A DNA stretch of 64,000 bases, from the NCBI GenBank assembly GCA_044440125.1, contig JBITAJ010000029.1:320001-384000 (forward strand), in the 5' to 3' direction. The notes beneath the pieces are model-generated. The model searched no databases. It was not told the DNA's origin and saw only the letters and a program-made list of their open reading frames with translations. Positions 39,091 to 48,140 of the stretch are shown in pieces; positions within the stretch are counted from its first letter, which is position 1, and each line of letters begins with the position of its first letter. Origin of the DNA: Sedimentisphaeraceae bacterium JB056 (lineage in GTDB: Bacteria; Planctomycetota; Phycisphaerae; Sedimentisphaerales; Sedimentisphaeraceae). The translations under genes were made by a program, and so were the position numbers.

Positions 39091-40437
39091 ATGTTGAGTA
39101 TAACTACAGATAAAAAGACGGTGCCATGGAGCTGGATATTCCTGCTCAGTATACCGGTAGCAGTTTTTGCCTATATTGAAAAATGCAGCGGTACGGCACT
39201 TACCTTTACTTTGCAGAAATATACATCGGATCCGGCACTGATAGCTTTTGTCGGAAGTATCAATAAAATATTTGGTGTTGTAATAGCTCCTTATGCGGCT
39301 TACAAAAGCGATTTTTTCAGCAGTCGTTTTGGTCGCCGCAAAGGTCTTATAATAATTGGTTTTGCGGCTGTGGCGGTTTCAATGGTTATGCTGCCCAACT
39401 GCAATTCTCTGCTGGCGACAGTAGTAATAGTTATTCTGCTTCAGGCTTCCGTTGACTTTGGTTATACCGGTCCATGGAAGCCTATGTTTTTTGACATTGT
39501 GCCGAAGAAGCAACGCGGTAAGTCGATGGTTGTCAATAGATATTCCTCGATAGCTCTGCGTTTTGTTTTCATGTTTTTCCTGCTTGGAAATTTTGACATG
39601 AAGATGGGCGGCGGTATGCCTAAAAAAGTGCTTGGCAAAAATATCGTATCTTCAATTACCGGTGAGCAGCTGATATATTATCTCGGCGCATTAGGTGTTG
39701 TAGTTTCGCTGTTTGTTGTGATGTTTTTCGTTAAAGATAAAAAGTCTCAGCCGCAGGATAAGGTACGTGTAAAGATATCTGAATATGTTAAGTATTTCTT
39801 CACTAATAAGCAGGCTGGAATGATTTGTCTGCTGATGATTTGCTACACTCTTATGAGCACAAGGCTCATGACTCTCAGGCCGCTGCTGATAACCGAACAG
39901 TTCGGCTACTCAAAACAGGTGCTTGGAAATATTCATGCTTTTACTATGCTTACAAATACTCTTGTTATCTTGCCGATAATCATGTGTGTCATCGATAAGA
40001 TTGATAAGTTCAAGCTGTTTATGATTTGTCTGTGCCTCTCTACTCTGCATCCAATAGTTTATTGGTCATATGTAAAGTTTTTCGCGCCTATGCAGATACC
40101 GTCTCAGTCGGCGATAATATTTTTCAATATTGCTGATTCTGTTTTCGATAGAACTGCTTTTCTTGTGCTGTGGCCTATTGTCTTTGATTATACAGACCCG
40201 CTGAAAAAAGGGTTTGTCAATTCAGGTGTTCTTGTAGTTGCGGGATTGGTAAGTTTTATGAATATAAATTTGATGGGCGGCGTTGTGAAGCTGTACTCTC
40301 ATTTTTTTGCAGCAGATGGGACGTATGACTATATGAGTACATATCTTTATATTTTTGCTGCGGGTATTATCGCTCTTGTAGGTACATTCTTTTTTGCAGC
40401 GAAGCGAAGAGGTGTCTATTCGGATGTTGAATTCTGA
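39091..40437 (+). CDS. MFS transporter
   Basis: About 12 hydrophobic segments; SDFFSSRFGRRK motif A; DIVPKKQRG. Confidence 0.85.
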   Translation: MLSITTDKKTVPWSWIFLLSIPVAVFAYIEKCSGTALTFTLQKYTSDPALIAFVGSINKIFGVVIAPYAAYKSDFFSSRFGRRKGLIIIGFAAVAVSMVMLPNCNSLLATVVIVILLQASVDFGYTGPWKPMFFDIVPKKQRGKSMVVNRYSSIALRFVFMFFLLGNFDMKMGGGMPKKVLGKNIVSSITGEQLIYYLGALGVVVSLFVVMFFVKDKKSQPQDKVRVKISEYVKYFFTNKQAGMICLLMICYTLMSTRLMTLRPLLITEQFGYSKQVLGNIHAFTMLTNTLVILPIIMCVIDKIDKFKLFMICLCLSTLHPIVYWSYVKFFAPMQIPSQSAIIFFNIADSVFDRTAFLVLWPIVFDYTDPLKKGFVNSGVLVVAGLVSFMNINLMGGVVKLYSHFFAADGTYDYMSTYLYIFAAGIIALVGTFFFAAKRRGVYSDVEF

Positions 40438-40896
40438 TTAGATCATTTTTCTCAGAGCGATCAGTTTTGTAGATTGCCAGTTGTTCTTTGCGTAGAATTT
40501 CAGAGCAGGGTGATTGTCAACGTCTGCAAGGAGCTGGAGTCTTGTGAGCGAATTGTTTTTTGCCCAGTTCTCCATTTCGTTCAGAAGCTTTTCCCCTATT
40601 CCCATTTTCCTGTATCTACTGCTGATTACCATATCTTCTATCAAGCCGACTTTGGAACCTTGGGCGGTTGATATGAGGATCTGAAGTGAAACCATTCCTA
40701 TAATATCATTGTCGTAAGTTGCGATAAGTATGACGCCTTGTTCGGGTGATTCTATAAGCATACTGAGTCCTGCTGTTTGTTTTGCATCATCAGGTTCAAA
40801 ATCCTGTTCGATAGAAAAAAGTTCAGTCAGAAGTGATGACAGTTTTTCAACATCCGCAAGTTCAGCTTTTCTTATATGTAGTTTTTGCTCGTCCAT
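40438..40896 (-). CDS. GNAT-family N-acetyltransferase
   Basis: IEDMVISSRYRKMGIGEKLL, NHPALKFY. Confidence 0.9.
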   Translation of the reverse strand: MDEQKLHIRKAELADVEKLSSLLTELFSIEQDFEPDDAKQTAGLSMLIESPEQGVILIATYDNDIIGMVSLQILISTAQGSKVGLIEDMVISSRYRKMGIGEKLLNEMENWAKNNSLTRLQLLADVDNHPALKFYAKNNWQSTKLIALRKMI

Positions 40897-41052
40897 AATC
40901 GTGTCCTGCTTTCAAAAGAATTTACGGATACTGATTATATTTCAAAACGGATTAAAGTCACAATCTTTTTATCTCTTTTTTCTTTAATAAAAATGACCAG
41001 AGAACAGATTGCTCCATTCCCTGGTCTGTGCCAAAACCATTTCCCGTTTTAC

Positions 41053-42258
41053 TTAGAAACTGTATTGTACCCTCATTGCCAGAACTACCGCGTCTGGATT
41101 TGCTCCTCCAGGGTTTGTTATGTATTGCAGATCCGGACACAAACTTAAATCCGGTGTTATTTCTATATTATAGTATGCTTCGAATGCAGATTCATATCCA
41201 TCGGGATAAGTTGTTTCTGCATAGTTGCTGAAGCTTCCGTTTGAATAGCCCATGCCGAAAACATCATTGTCGCGGCCGTCCAGAAGACCTTTGTACTGAC
41301 AGCCGATACTGCAGAAGCTGCTCATGTCGTTACGTTTGAGATCGGCATATCCGTATCTGAAAAATACGCCAAGTCCCTGGTCATCTTGCGGGTTGTCGTT
41401 TTCCTTGGCAACCATTTGATCAAAGCTAGCATAGAAGCCGGTATCGTCTCTGCTTTCATCGCTAATATCAGAATTTGCTTTTGGTTGCGGGTCGTTCCAT
41501 ACGCCGATACGGTAATTGCCGCCAAGTTCGCCATTTTGTGAGTTGATTGCGGTTGATAAACCGGCTTCCGCAATATAGAAGAAATATTTATCGCCGTCAA
41601 ATGCTGTATTGAATCCAGTTTCTCTTCCGTCAGCTTCGGCATCAGCAACACCAGCCATCAGGTAGCAGTTATTGAAATTAAATGTTGCGATAGCACCAAG
41701 GCTGTAGTCAGGGAAGGGGATTGCTGAGTTGTTGACAAGTGAGCCGTTGAGAAATTGCATTGTTTCATCGTTTGCGTATTCACTTGCATCAAAAAATCCT
41801 GTGAAATCTATCTTACCAACTGCGATGTCGAATTGGTCATTGATTCCGGTTTGGTAAAATGCCTCTACGATATCTAACGTTCTGTTTCCTCCGGCATCGG
41901 CATTTGTTCCAAAGAAGCTGCCTACAGATTCACCGTCTATTCCTTCGCTGTCTGTCCAGCCGCCTTCACCATGAATGAAGAATTGCCCATCAATTCCAAA
42001 AAGCTTACCTGTGTCTATCAGCATTTCAACGTCATAGCTGCCGGAAAATTCTCCTTTTCGTGAATCAGTGCTTAGTCCGCCTTTGACATTCCTTTGATAG
42101 ACGCTTGTTACTCCGCCTCCTATTTCAATTGTCTGGCTTCCTTCAATGTCTTTGCTCAACTCCTTTATGACCTCTTCGTCCTGAGCCGCCAGAGCGGTTA
42201 GATTGCTAATTGCGATTAGTGTAGCTGCTATGAGAGTGTTAGTTATTGTGTTTTTCAT
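41053..42258 (-). CDS. OprB-family (carbohydrate-type) outer-membrane porin
   Basis: Signal peptide; GKIDFTGFFDASEYANDE..QFLNG; FEAYYN..PDLQYITNPG; terminal Phe. Confidence 0.8.
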   Translation of the reverse strand: MKNTITNTLIAATLIAISNLTALAAQDEEVIKELSKDIEGSQTIEIGGGVTSVYQRNVKGGLSTDSRKGEFSGSYDVEMLIDTGKLFGIDGQFFIHGEGGWTDSEGIDGESVGSFFGTNADAGGNRTLDIVEAFYQTGINDQFDIAVGKIDFTGFFDASEYANDETMQFLNGSLVNNSAIPFPDYSLGAIATFNFNNCYLMAGVADAEADGRETGFNTAFDGDKYFFYIAEAGLSTAINSQNGELGGNYRIGVWNDPQPKANSDISDESRDDTGFYASFDQMVAKENDNPQDDQGLGVFFRYGYADLKRNDMSSFCSIGCQYKGLLDGRDNDVFGMGYSNGSFSNYAETTYPDGYESAFEAYYNIEITPDLSLCPDLQYITNPGGANPDAVVLAMRVQYSF

Positions 42259-42279
42259 TTTTTGGGGATTTCTAATTTC

Positions 42280-42456
42280 CTATATATTGATTGTTTTACA
42301 TTTATTACCACTGTTTTGATTCTTGTGTTGCGAGACGCAGTTGCTGCAGTGGCCTCCGCACTTGAACTTTCCTTTTCCATTAGCTTTTTTTATGAATATG
42401 ACGGCCAGGTAGCATGTCGCCGTTGCTACTATTGTGATCACAATTAATGTTTCCAT
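42280..42456 (-). CDS. Small Cys-rich membrane protein of FeoB-associated type, 58 aa, absent from the ORF track
   Basis: METLIVITIVATATCYLAVIFIKKANGKGKFKCGGHCSNCVSQ...; RBS GGTGAGG; directly upstream of the porin. Confidence 0.75.
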   Translation of the reverse strand: METLIVITIVATATCYLAVIFIKKANGKGKFKCGGHCSNCVSQHKNQNSGNKCKTINI

Positions 42457-42505
42457 TTCCTCACCTTTCTTTATAAGCCTAAAAAATAACTGTTTTACGT
42501 ATTTG

Positions 42506-42546
42506 TTAGTCTTGCCTTATAGTATAAGCTATGGCTAATATGTCAA
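42506..42546 (-). promoter_or_regulatory. Promoter overlapped by tandem TTAG-N6-CTAA-like palindromes (DtxR/MntR-like box)
   Basis: Minus strand TTGACA-16 nt-TACTAT; TTAGTCTTGCCTTA and TAAGCTATGGCTAA. Confidence 0.5.
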
Positions 42547-42636
42547 CGGTTTTTTACTGTTTTTTATGTTTTTTTTGCTTTTGAAGTGTTTTTTGTTGAT
42601 AAAACACTTCAAATTCTGGCTGAAATCAAAAACTCC

Positions 42637-42743
42637 TTGAACAAAGTACTCATTATTTGTTATAATATTGTGGTAAAGGTCTAAAGTTTAGACATAAATA
42701 CACTGGCAGTCTTGCGGCTTTTGCCTTGAGACTGCCAGTTTTA
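42637..42743 (+). promoter_or_regulatory. panD promoter and structured leader with terminator-like hairpin
   Basis: TTGAAC-18 nt-TATAAT with extended -10 TG; GTCTAAA/TTTAGAC hairpin, then ACTGGCAGTCTTGCGGC-TTTT-GCCTTGAGACTGCCAGT-TTT. Confidence 0.55.
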
Positions 42744-42772
42744 CTTATATGATTTAGCAGGATTTTGAAATA

Positions 42773-43129
42773 ATGTATATAAAGGCATTGAAATCTAAAA
42801 TACACAGAGCAACAGTAACCGGTTCAGAGCTTGAATATCCGGGAAGTATCGGCATTGATAAGGAACTTCTCGATGCTGCCGGAATGAAACATTACGAGAC
42901 CGTTCTTGTTGCTAATGCTAATAATGGCGAACGAGTTGAAACATATGTCGTGCCGGCTGAGCCCGGTAGCGGAAAAGTCACTGTTTTAGGGGCTGCGGCA
43001 AGGAAATTCGAGCCGGGTGATGTAGTAATTATTCTTAATTTTGCTTACTACAAGCCCGAAGAGTTTGAGGGACACAAGCCTGTTGTAGTTATACCTGATT
43101 CTGATAACAAGATAAAAGAGGTCCAGTAA
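42773..43129 (+). CDS. panD: Aspartate 1-decarboxylase
   Basis: KSKIHRATVT, YPG-SIGID self-cleavage site, NGERVETYV, GAAAR. Confidence 0.93.
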   Translation: MYIKALKSKIHRATVTGSELEYPGSIGIDKELLDAAGMKHYETVLVANANNGERVETYVVPAEPGSGKVTVLGAAARKFEPGDVVIILNFAYYKPEEFEGHKPVVVIPDSDNKIKEVQ

Positions 43130-43179
43130 GAAGGTTTTTGAGATTAGATTTGCGAAAATAAGCGGAGGAACAGCCAAAG

Positions 43180-44169
43180 ATGCATCCCGAACTGTTTAAG
43201 TTGCCATTTACGGATCTGACTGTAAAGAGTTATGGTGTAATGGTTGTACTCGGATTCTTTTTTGCCGTGATAATTATAAAAAAGTTATGCAAACGAGTCG
43301 GGCTTGACCACAATGAGCTTATCAACGGTGCTTTTTATTCTTTCATAGTGGGAATAATAGGCGCAAGAATTTTCCATGTAATACATTACTATGACAGTTT
43401 TCATAGTATCGGAGAGATGCTTGCAATATGGAGGGGCGGTCTTGAGCTGCTTGGCGGAGTTTTGCCGGCGATATTGTTCCTTATACTTTATCTGAAGTTT
43501 AAAAAGATCGACGTTCTTTTGTCTTTGGATATATTTTCTGCTGCTTTGATGATAGGTGTCGCTTTTGGAAGAATAGGTTGCTTATTGAACGGCTGCTGTT
43601 TTGGGCAGCCTACAGATTTGGCATTTGGTATATCTTTTCCTTACGATTCGATTCCCTATAAGGCTCAGGCGTATCCTGATTACGAACGAAACAGGGATGT
43701 CATAATAGAACTGCCGAATGATTATTATGGATATTTCAATTCCGATGATCAATGGGTTGCTGCTCCTGAATACGACAAATACAGATATATGCTTAAACCT
43801 CTAAGCTCTTTGAGCGAGACGCAGCGTGCAGATGTTTCCAAAGGCGGCAAATATAGCTGCCATGCGGTTCACCCTACCCAGCTATACTCAAGCTTGGCTG
43901 CTTTTTTGAATTGCGGTATTCTTGCCATGTTTTGGTGGAAGTTTGGGGCCGGACAGATAGAGATGCGTAAACGCAAGTTCAAGGCGGGCACTACTGCCGC
44001 ACTTATGCTTGTTCTGTATTCTGTTTTCCGCTTTATGGTGGAGAATCTCCGCGGTGACAACCCTTATGAGGTAGGGACAATGACTGTTTCCCAGTTGATC
44101 AGTGCGGGAATGTTTATTTGCGGTATAATGCTTTTTGCCGGACTGAGCCAAAAAAAAGCTTCAAGATAA
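43180..44169 (+). CDS. lgt: Prolipoprotein diacylglyceryl transferase
   Basis: GARIFHV, GRIGCLLNGCCFG, HPTQLY, RFMVENLRGD. Confidence 0.9.
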   Translation: MHPELFKLPFTDLTVKSYGVMVVLGFFFAVIIIKKLCKRVGLDHNELINGAFYSFIVGIIGARIFHVIHYYDSFHSIGEMLAIWRGGLELLGGVLPAILFLILYLKFKKIDVLLSLDIFSAALMIGVAFGRIGCLLNGCCFGQPTDLAFGISFPYDSIPYKAQAYPDYERNRDVIIELPNDYYGYFNSDDQWVAAPEYDKYRYMLKPLSSLSETQRADVSKGGKYSCHAVHPTQLYSSLAAFLNCGILAMFWWKFGAGQIEMRKRKFKAGTTAALMLVLYSVFRFMVENLRGDNPYEVGTMTVSQLISAGMFICGIMLFAGLSQKKASR

Positions 44170-44201
44170 AATAAGACATAATTGTTACATGTCTTACTTT
44201 C

Positions 44202-44229
44202 AACTTAAAACTTAAAACTTAGAACTTAA
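44202..44229 (+). repeat. Heptamer tandem repeat (AACTTAA)x4
   Basis: AACTTAA AACTTAA AACTTAG AACTTAA immediately before the rhomboid start. Confidence 0.8.
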
Positions 44230-44234
44230 AAATA

Positions 44235-45080
44235 ATGGGTTTATACGACAGAGACTATACAAAATATAACTACAGACCATCTTATAATCAAAGAAGCAGT
44301 ATGATGCCGGGGTTGACTCCTGCGGTAAAAATATTACTGATAATAAATGTTGCTTTCTTTATTTTCGATAATATTTCAGGTAATATGCTGACCCAACTAT
44401 TTGCCCTTGCAAATGGTGGCGGATATGTCTGGCAGATATGGAGATTGGTTGGTTATCAGTTCCTTCATGCCAGTATTATGCATATATTACTGAATATGCT
44501 TGGACTTTATTTCCTCGGTAATACGCTGGAGAGACATTGGGGTACGAAGAAATTTACGATTTTTTATCTAAGCTGTGGAGTGGCCGGAGGATTGTTCTTC
44601 TTCCTGTTCACTGCATTGAAATTCATTGGCCCTGCGATTCTGGTAGGTGCTTCTGGTTCTGTATTGGGATTATTGGCGGCATGTGCAATACTTTTCCCGC
44701 ATTTCGTTGTATTCCTATACTTCTTCCCAATTCCTATACGTACTGCCGCGATAATATTGCCGATAATATATCTAATGACAATCCTGACAGGCGGGCCGAA
44801 TTCGGGCGGTGAAGCTGCGCACCTTGGCGGTATGGCTGCAGGGGCGATATACCTGCTATGGCCAAAGTACAAGAATCGTCTGGGTTTTAATGGTCGCGGA
44901 CCGGTCGATTTTACTTCGCATTTTAAGCAGACGCATTCGGGGTCGCATAAAGTTGACACCATGGAAGTTGATAGAATACTGAAAAAAGTGCACGAACATG
45001 GCTTGCATAGTCTTACAGAAGCCGAGAAAAAGACGCTGAGGCGAGCCACCGAAGCTGAACAAAAGAGGGATGGTTATTAA
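44235..45080 (+). CDS. Rhomboid intramembrane serine protease
   Basis: WRLVGYQFLHA, HILLNM, GASG, AHLGG; C-terminal VDRILKKV..GLHSLT domain. Confidence 0.92.
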   Translation: MGLYDRDYTKYNYRPSYNQRSSMMPGLTPAVKILLIINVAFFIFDNISGNMLTQLFALANGGGYVWQIWRLVGYQFLHASIMHILLNMLGLYFLGNTLERHWGTKKFTIFYLSCGVAGGLFFFLFTALKFIGPAILVGASGSVLGLLAACAILFPHFVVFLYFFPIPIRTAAIILPIIYLMTILTGGPNSGGEAAHLGGMAAGAIYLLWPKYKNRLGFNGRGPVDFTSHFKQTHSGSHKVDTMEVDRILKKVHEHGLHSLTEAEKKTLRRATEAEQKRDGY

Positions 45081-45131
45081 TTTTTTGTGTTGAATTAGCT
45101 TTTAAGATTTGAATTGTTTACAGGGGGTAAG

Positions 45132-46079
45132 ATGTATCTTATTGGTTGTTTGGAAATACTTGACAGTGGGTCTGATGCTGTTGAGAAGTTTTATATTTCG
45201 CTTATGCCGAAGCTCAAGGCTGTTCTAAGTGATGACAGGAAAGATTCGCGACTTGTTGGGTATCGCTCTGAGATTGATGTCGTTGATGGCAAGATATCCC
45301 AGTTTTTTGGGATTGAGGCTGACAGGGCAGTTACCGTACCACAGGGTATGGTTGGCTGGGATTTAGAGCAAGACTCGCTTGATGTCATAACAACAAAGCT
45401 TCATAAGAAACTTCCTATAAAATGGTTGTGGGAAGATTTGTCCGCTGCGTTTGTCGGCGAATTTGAGTCTGCTTCAATGGTAGGAATGGATGTCCAGGAA
45501 AAAGAATTGAGCTGGCATCTTACTACAAATGCCCCTGTATCCCTAAATGGAGTATATGGCAATGATACTGTTGAACTTGTAGAATACAATCCTGATTGGA
45601 GCAGCGATTTTACCGTAATGCAGCAGAAGCTTGAAGAAGAGCTTGGCGATGTTGCTACATCAATAGTTCATTACGGCAGCACGGCAATACCTGGTATGGC
45701 TGCAAAGCCCATAATAGATATTCTGATAGAAGTACCTTCTTTTGAATTGGCTGCTGAGAGGCTGATAAAAACATTTAATCTGCCTGAATATGAATATTGG
45801 TGGTATGATGACCACATGATATTCATTAAAAGAGACAAACCCTTTGGCAAACGCACGCATCACATTCATATTGCGCCAACAGGCCACAGGCTCTGGGACG
45901 GGGTCGTGTTCCGTGACTATCTGATTGCCAATCCTGAATACGCCGCAAGATATCTTGAGCTTAAGCAAAGGCTTGCTCAGGAGTATAAGGATGACAGGGA
46001 GGCTTACACCAAAGCAAAGAATGATTTTATTAAAGAAGTGGTTCAGTTGGCCCATTGTAAAGCTGATGTTATAAATTAG
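45132..46079 (+). CDS. GrpB-family nucleotidyltransferase-fold protein with an extra N-terminal domain
   Basis: HYGSTAIPGMAAKPIIDI, THHIHI, FRDYL, YTKAK. Confidence 0.82.
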   Translation: MYLIGCLEILDSGSDAVEKFYISLMPKLKAVLSDDRKDSRLVGYRSEIDVVDGKISQFFGIEADRAVTVPQGMVGWDLEQDSLDVITTKLHKKLPIKWLWEDLSAAFVGEFESASMVGMDVQEKELSWHLTTNAPVSLNGVYGNDTVELVEYNPDWSSDFTVMQQKLEEELGDVATSIVHYGSTAIPGMAAKPIIDILIEVPSFELAAERLIKTFNLPEYEYWWYDDHMIFIKRDKPFGKRTHHIHIAPTGHRLWDGVVFRDYLIANPEYAARYLELKQRLAQEYKDDREAYTKAKNDFIKEVVQLAHCKADVIN

Positions 46080-46132
46080 CGTTAGAGTCAATCTGATTAA
46101 AATTCAATCGCTTTTATGGAAAGGAGACATAT

Positions 46133-46420
46133 ATGTGTCCAAATTACACTCCGGGTATTGAAGTATTAATAATTCCAATTGTGATATTCTTCTTTGCTGC
46201 AATTATGAATATACTGTTTGTAATCATACCGTTTTGGTTGATATTTAAGAAAGCGGGATTTGCAGGTCCTCTTGCTCTCTTAATGCTGCTTCCGGTAGCC
46301 AATATTGTTATGCTGTTTGTCTTGGCATTTTCAGATTGGCCGGCTCTTAGGGATAAGAGAAATGCTTCGCCAAAGCCAGATAAACAGCCCCCATTGGAAG
46401 GCGAAGGCTCAGTAATATAG
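46133..46420 (+). CDS. Small membrane protein
   Basis: [36 protein letters not shown]. Confidence 0.75.
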   Translation: MCPNYTPGIEVLIIPIVIFFFAAIMNILFVIIPFWLIFKKAGFAGPLALLMLLPVANIVMLFVLAFSDWPALRDKRNASPKPDKQPPLEGEGSVI

Positions 46421-46726
46421 CTGCATGTCCTTGATTCGATCCATTAACTTCTCGTAAAGCTCAGCAGTCAGCATACATGCCCATACTGTGATGATTATAA
46501 CTATAATGGTTATGATTATCTTGGTTACGAGGTTGAATTTTGGATTGGTCAATACAAGCGGAAGTGCAAACGGACCGGCAATGAGTATTGCCAGTATAAT
46601 CATTGAAGTAGAGTGATACCACTTTTTTTCTGATATACTTCTTTTTTTATTCAGGAATTCGCCGCAATGTTTGCATTTAATGGCTTCATCCTGTATCTCT
46701 TCTGCGCAAAATGGACATTTTTTCAT
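46409..46726 (-). CDS. Zinc-ribbon membrane protein
   Basis: [19 protein letters not shown] followed by two TM helices. Confidence 0.82.
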   Translation of the reverse strand: MKKCPFCAEEIQDEAIKCKHCGEFLNKKRSISEKKWYHSTSMIILAILIAGPFALPLVLTNPKFNLVTKIIITIIVIIITVWACMLTAELYEKLMDRIKDMQLYY

Positions 46727-46897
46727 AATGCGCCAATTTTAATTGATGTATAATAAATAGCAAGGGCTTAAATTTATAAAACCTTTACGGTGAAGCCTGA
46801 TTTTGACGTTTTTTTTGATATACATGCAAGATTCTGTTATACTTAGGCAGGTTTTCTTGAAGATTGATTGTTTTGTGATTAGGTTGAGGATTACCTT

Positions 46898-48124
46898 ATG
46901 TGTTATTATAAATTTTGTCTGAATAAAAAATCCGTATTCAGTATTTTGGCTTTTTCGATGGCTTTATGCAGCTATGTTTTTGCTGTAGATATTCCATGGA
47001 ATGTTACCGAGCTTCAAAATGCTCCTGAGTATTACATTGCCCATGAATACAGCAAAGATGGAGTAGATGCACTCTTTTTCGATGGTCCGGATTACAAAGG
47101 CAGCAAGACTCAGATATTTGCTTATGTCGGCAAACCTTCAGATGTTACAATGCCTGCGCCGGGTGTGGTACTTGTTCATGGCGGCGGTGGTACCGCAAGT
47201 GTTGAATGGGTAAAACGCTGGACAGACAAAGGCTATGTTGCTATGTCTATTGATACTACCGGATCAATTCCAGACGGCAAGTTCCCCTCGCATAAAAAGC
47301 ATCAAAACGGAGGTCCTGATGGCTGGGGGGGATTCGACCAGATAGATGAACCGATTACCGACCAGTGGACTTACCATGCAGTTGCTGCTATTATGCTTGC
47401 TAATTCGCTTCTTGCTGAGGAATTTGACGCAAATAATCATAACATTGGAGTGGTAGGCGTCTCATGGGGTGGGTATCTTACAAGTATTGCCGCTTCAATA
47501 GATAACCGCTTCAGTTTTGCGGTACCTATTTACGGATGTGGATTTTTGCATAGAAATTCTGCTTGGTCATCAACTGTATTCAAAAGCATGGGCAAGGAAA
47601 AGACCCAGAAGTGGGTTCGGCTCTGGGATCCCTCAGCGTATCTTAGAAGGTGTGAAATTCCAGTCCTTTGGGTTTCAGATGTTAATGATAAGTTTTTCCC
47701 AATGGATTCATTGAAGCGTTCTGCTTCCTTGGTTTATGAATCTCAGTTTTGCATTAAACCAGATTTGGGACATAGCCATGCAATAGCTTTTGATATTGAA
47801 GAGGCATATGAGTTTGCCGGCAGTGTCTGTGACGGTAAAAAAAGTTTTGTGACTTATTCTGATCAGAATATTAATGATGGAGTTGCCTTTGCCGGATACT
47901 GGACATTGGTTCATCCTGAAAAGGCAGTAATGCTCTATACTCTTGACAGTGGCCCCTGGAAAGACAGGAAGTGGAATAGCATTCCTGCTGAGATTGACAA
48001 GTTTGCTGAAAATGTCAGTGCAAAGTTGCCCGATGGTACAACAGCGTATTTCTTCAATGCTGAAAATGAAAGAGCGATGGTGTCAAGTTCTCCTTATATG
48101 ATTGTACCAAAGCAGGAATTTTGA
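46898..48124 (+). CDS. Secreted alpha/beta hydrolase (acetyl xylan esterase-like)
   Basis: VLVHGGGG, nucleophile elbow GVSWGG, signal peptide. Confidence 0.82.
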   Translation: MCYYKFCLNKKSVFSILAFSMALCSYVFAVDIPWNVTELQNAPEYYIAHEYSKDGVDALFFDGPDYKGSKTQIFAYVGKPSDVTMPAPGVVLVHGGGGTASVEWVKRWTDKGYVAMSIDTTGSIPDGKFPSHKKHQNGGPDGWGGFDQIDEPITDQWTYHAVAAIMLANSLLAEEFDANNHNIGVVGVSWGGYLTSIAASIDNRFSFAVPIYGCGFLHRNSAWSSTVFKSMGKEKTQKWVRLWDPSAYLRRCEIPVLWVSDVNDKFFPMDSLKRSASLVYESQFCIKPDLGHSHAIAFDIEEAYEFAGSVCDGKKSFVTYSDQNINDGVAFAGYWTLVHPEKAVMLYTLDSGPWKDRKWNSIPAEIDKFAENVSAKLPDGTTAYFFNAENERAMVSSSPYMIVPKQEF

Positions 48125-48140
48125 TGTATTCTGTATTGGG

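Noticed and set aside
42262..42447. 61-aa plus-strand ORF
   Set aside because: Antisense shadow of the better-supported Cys-rich gene at 42280-42456 on the minus strand
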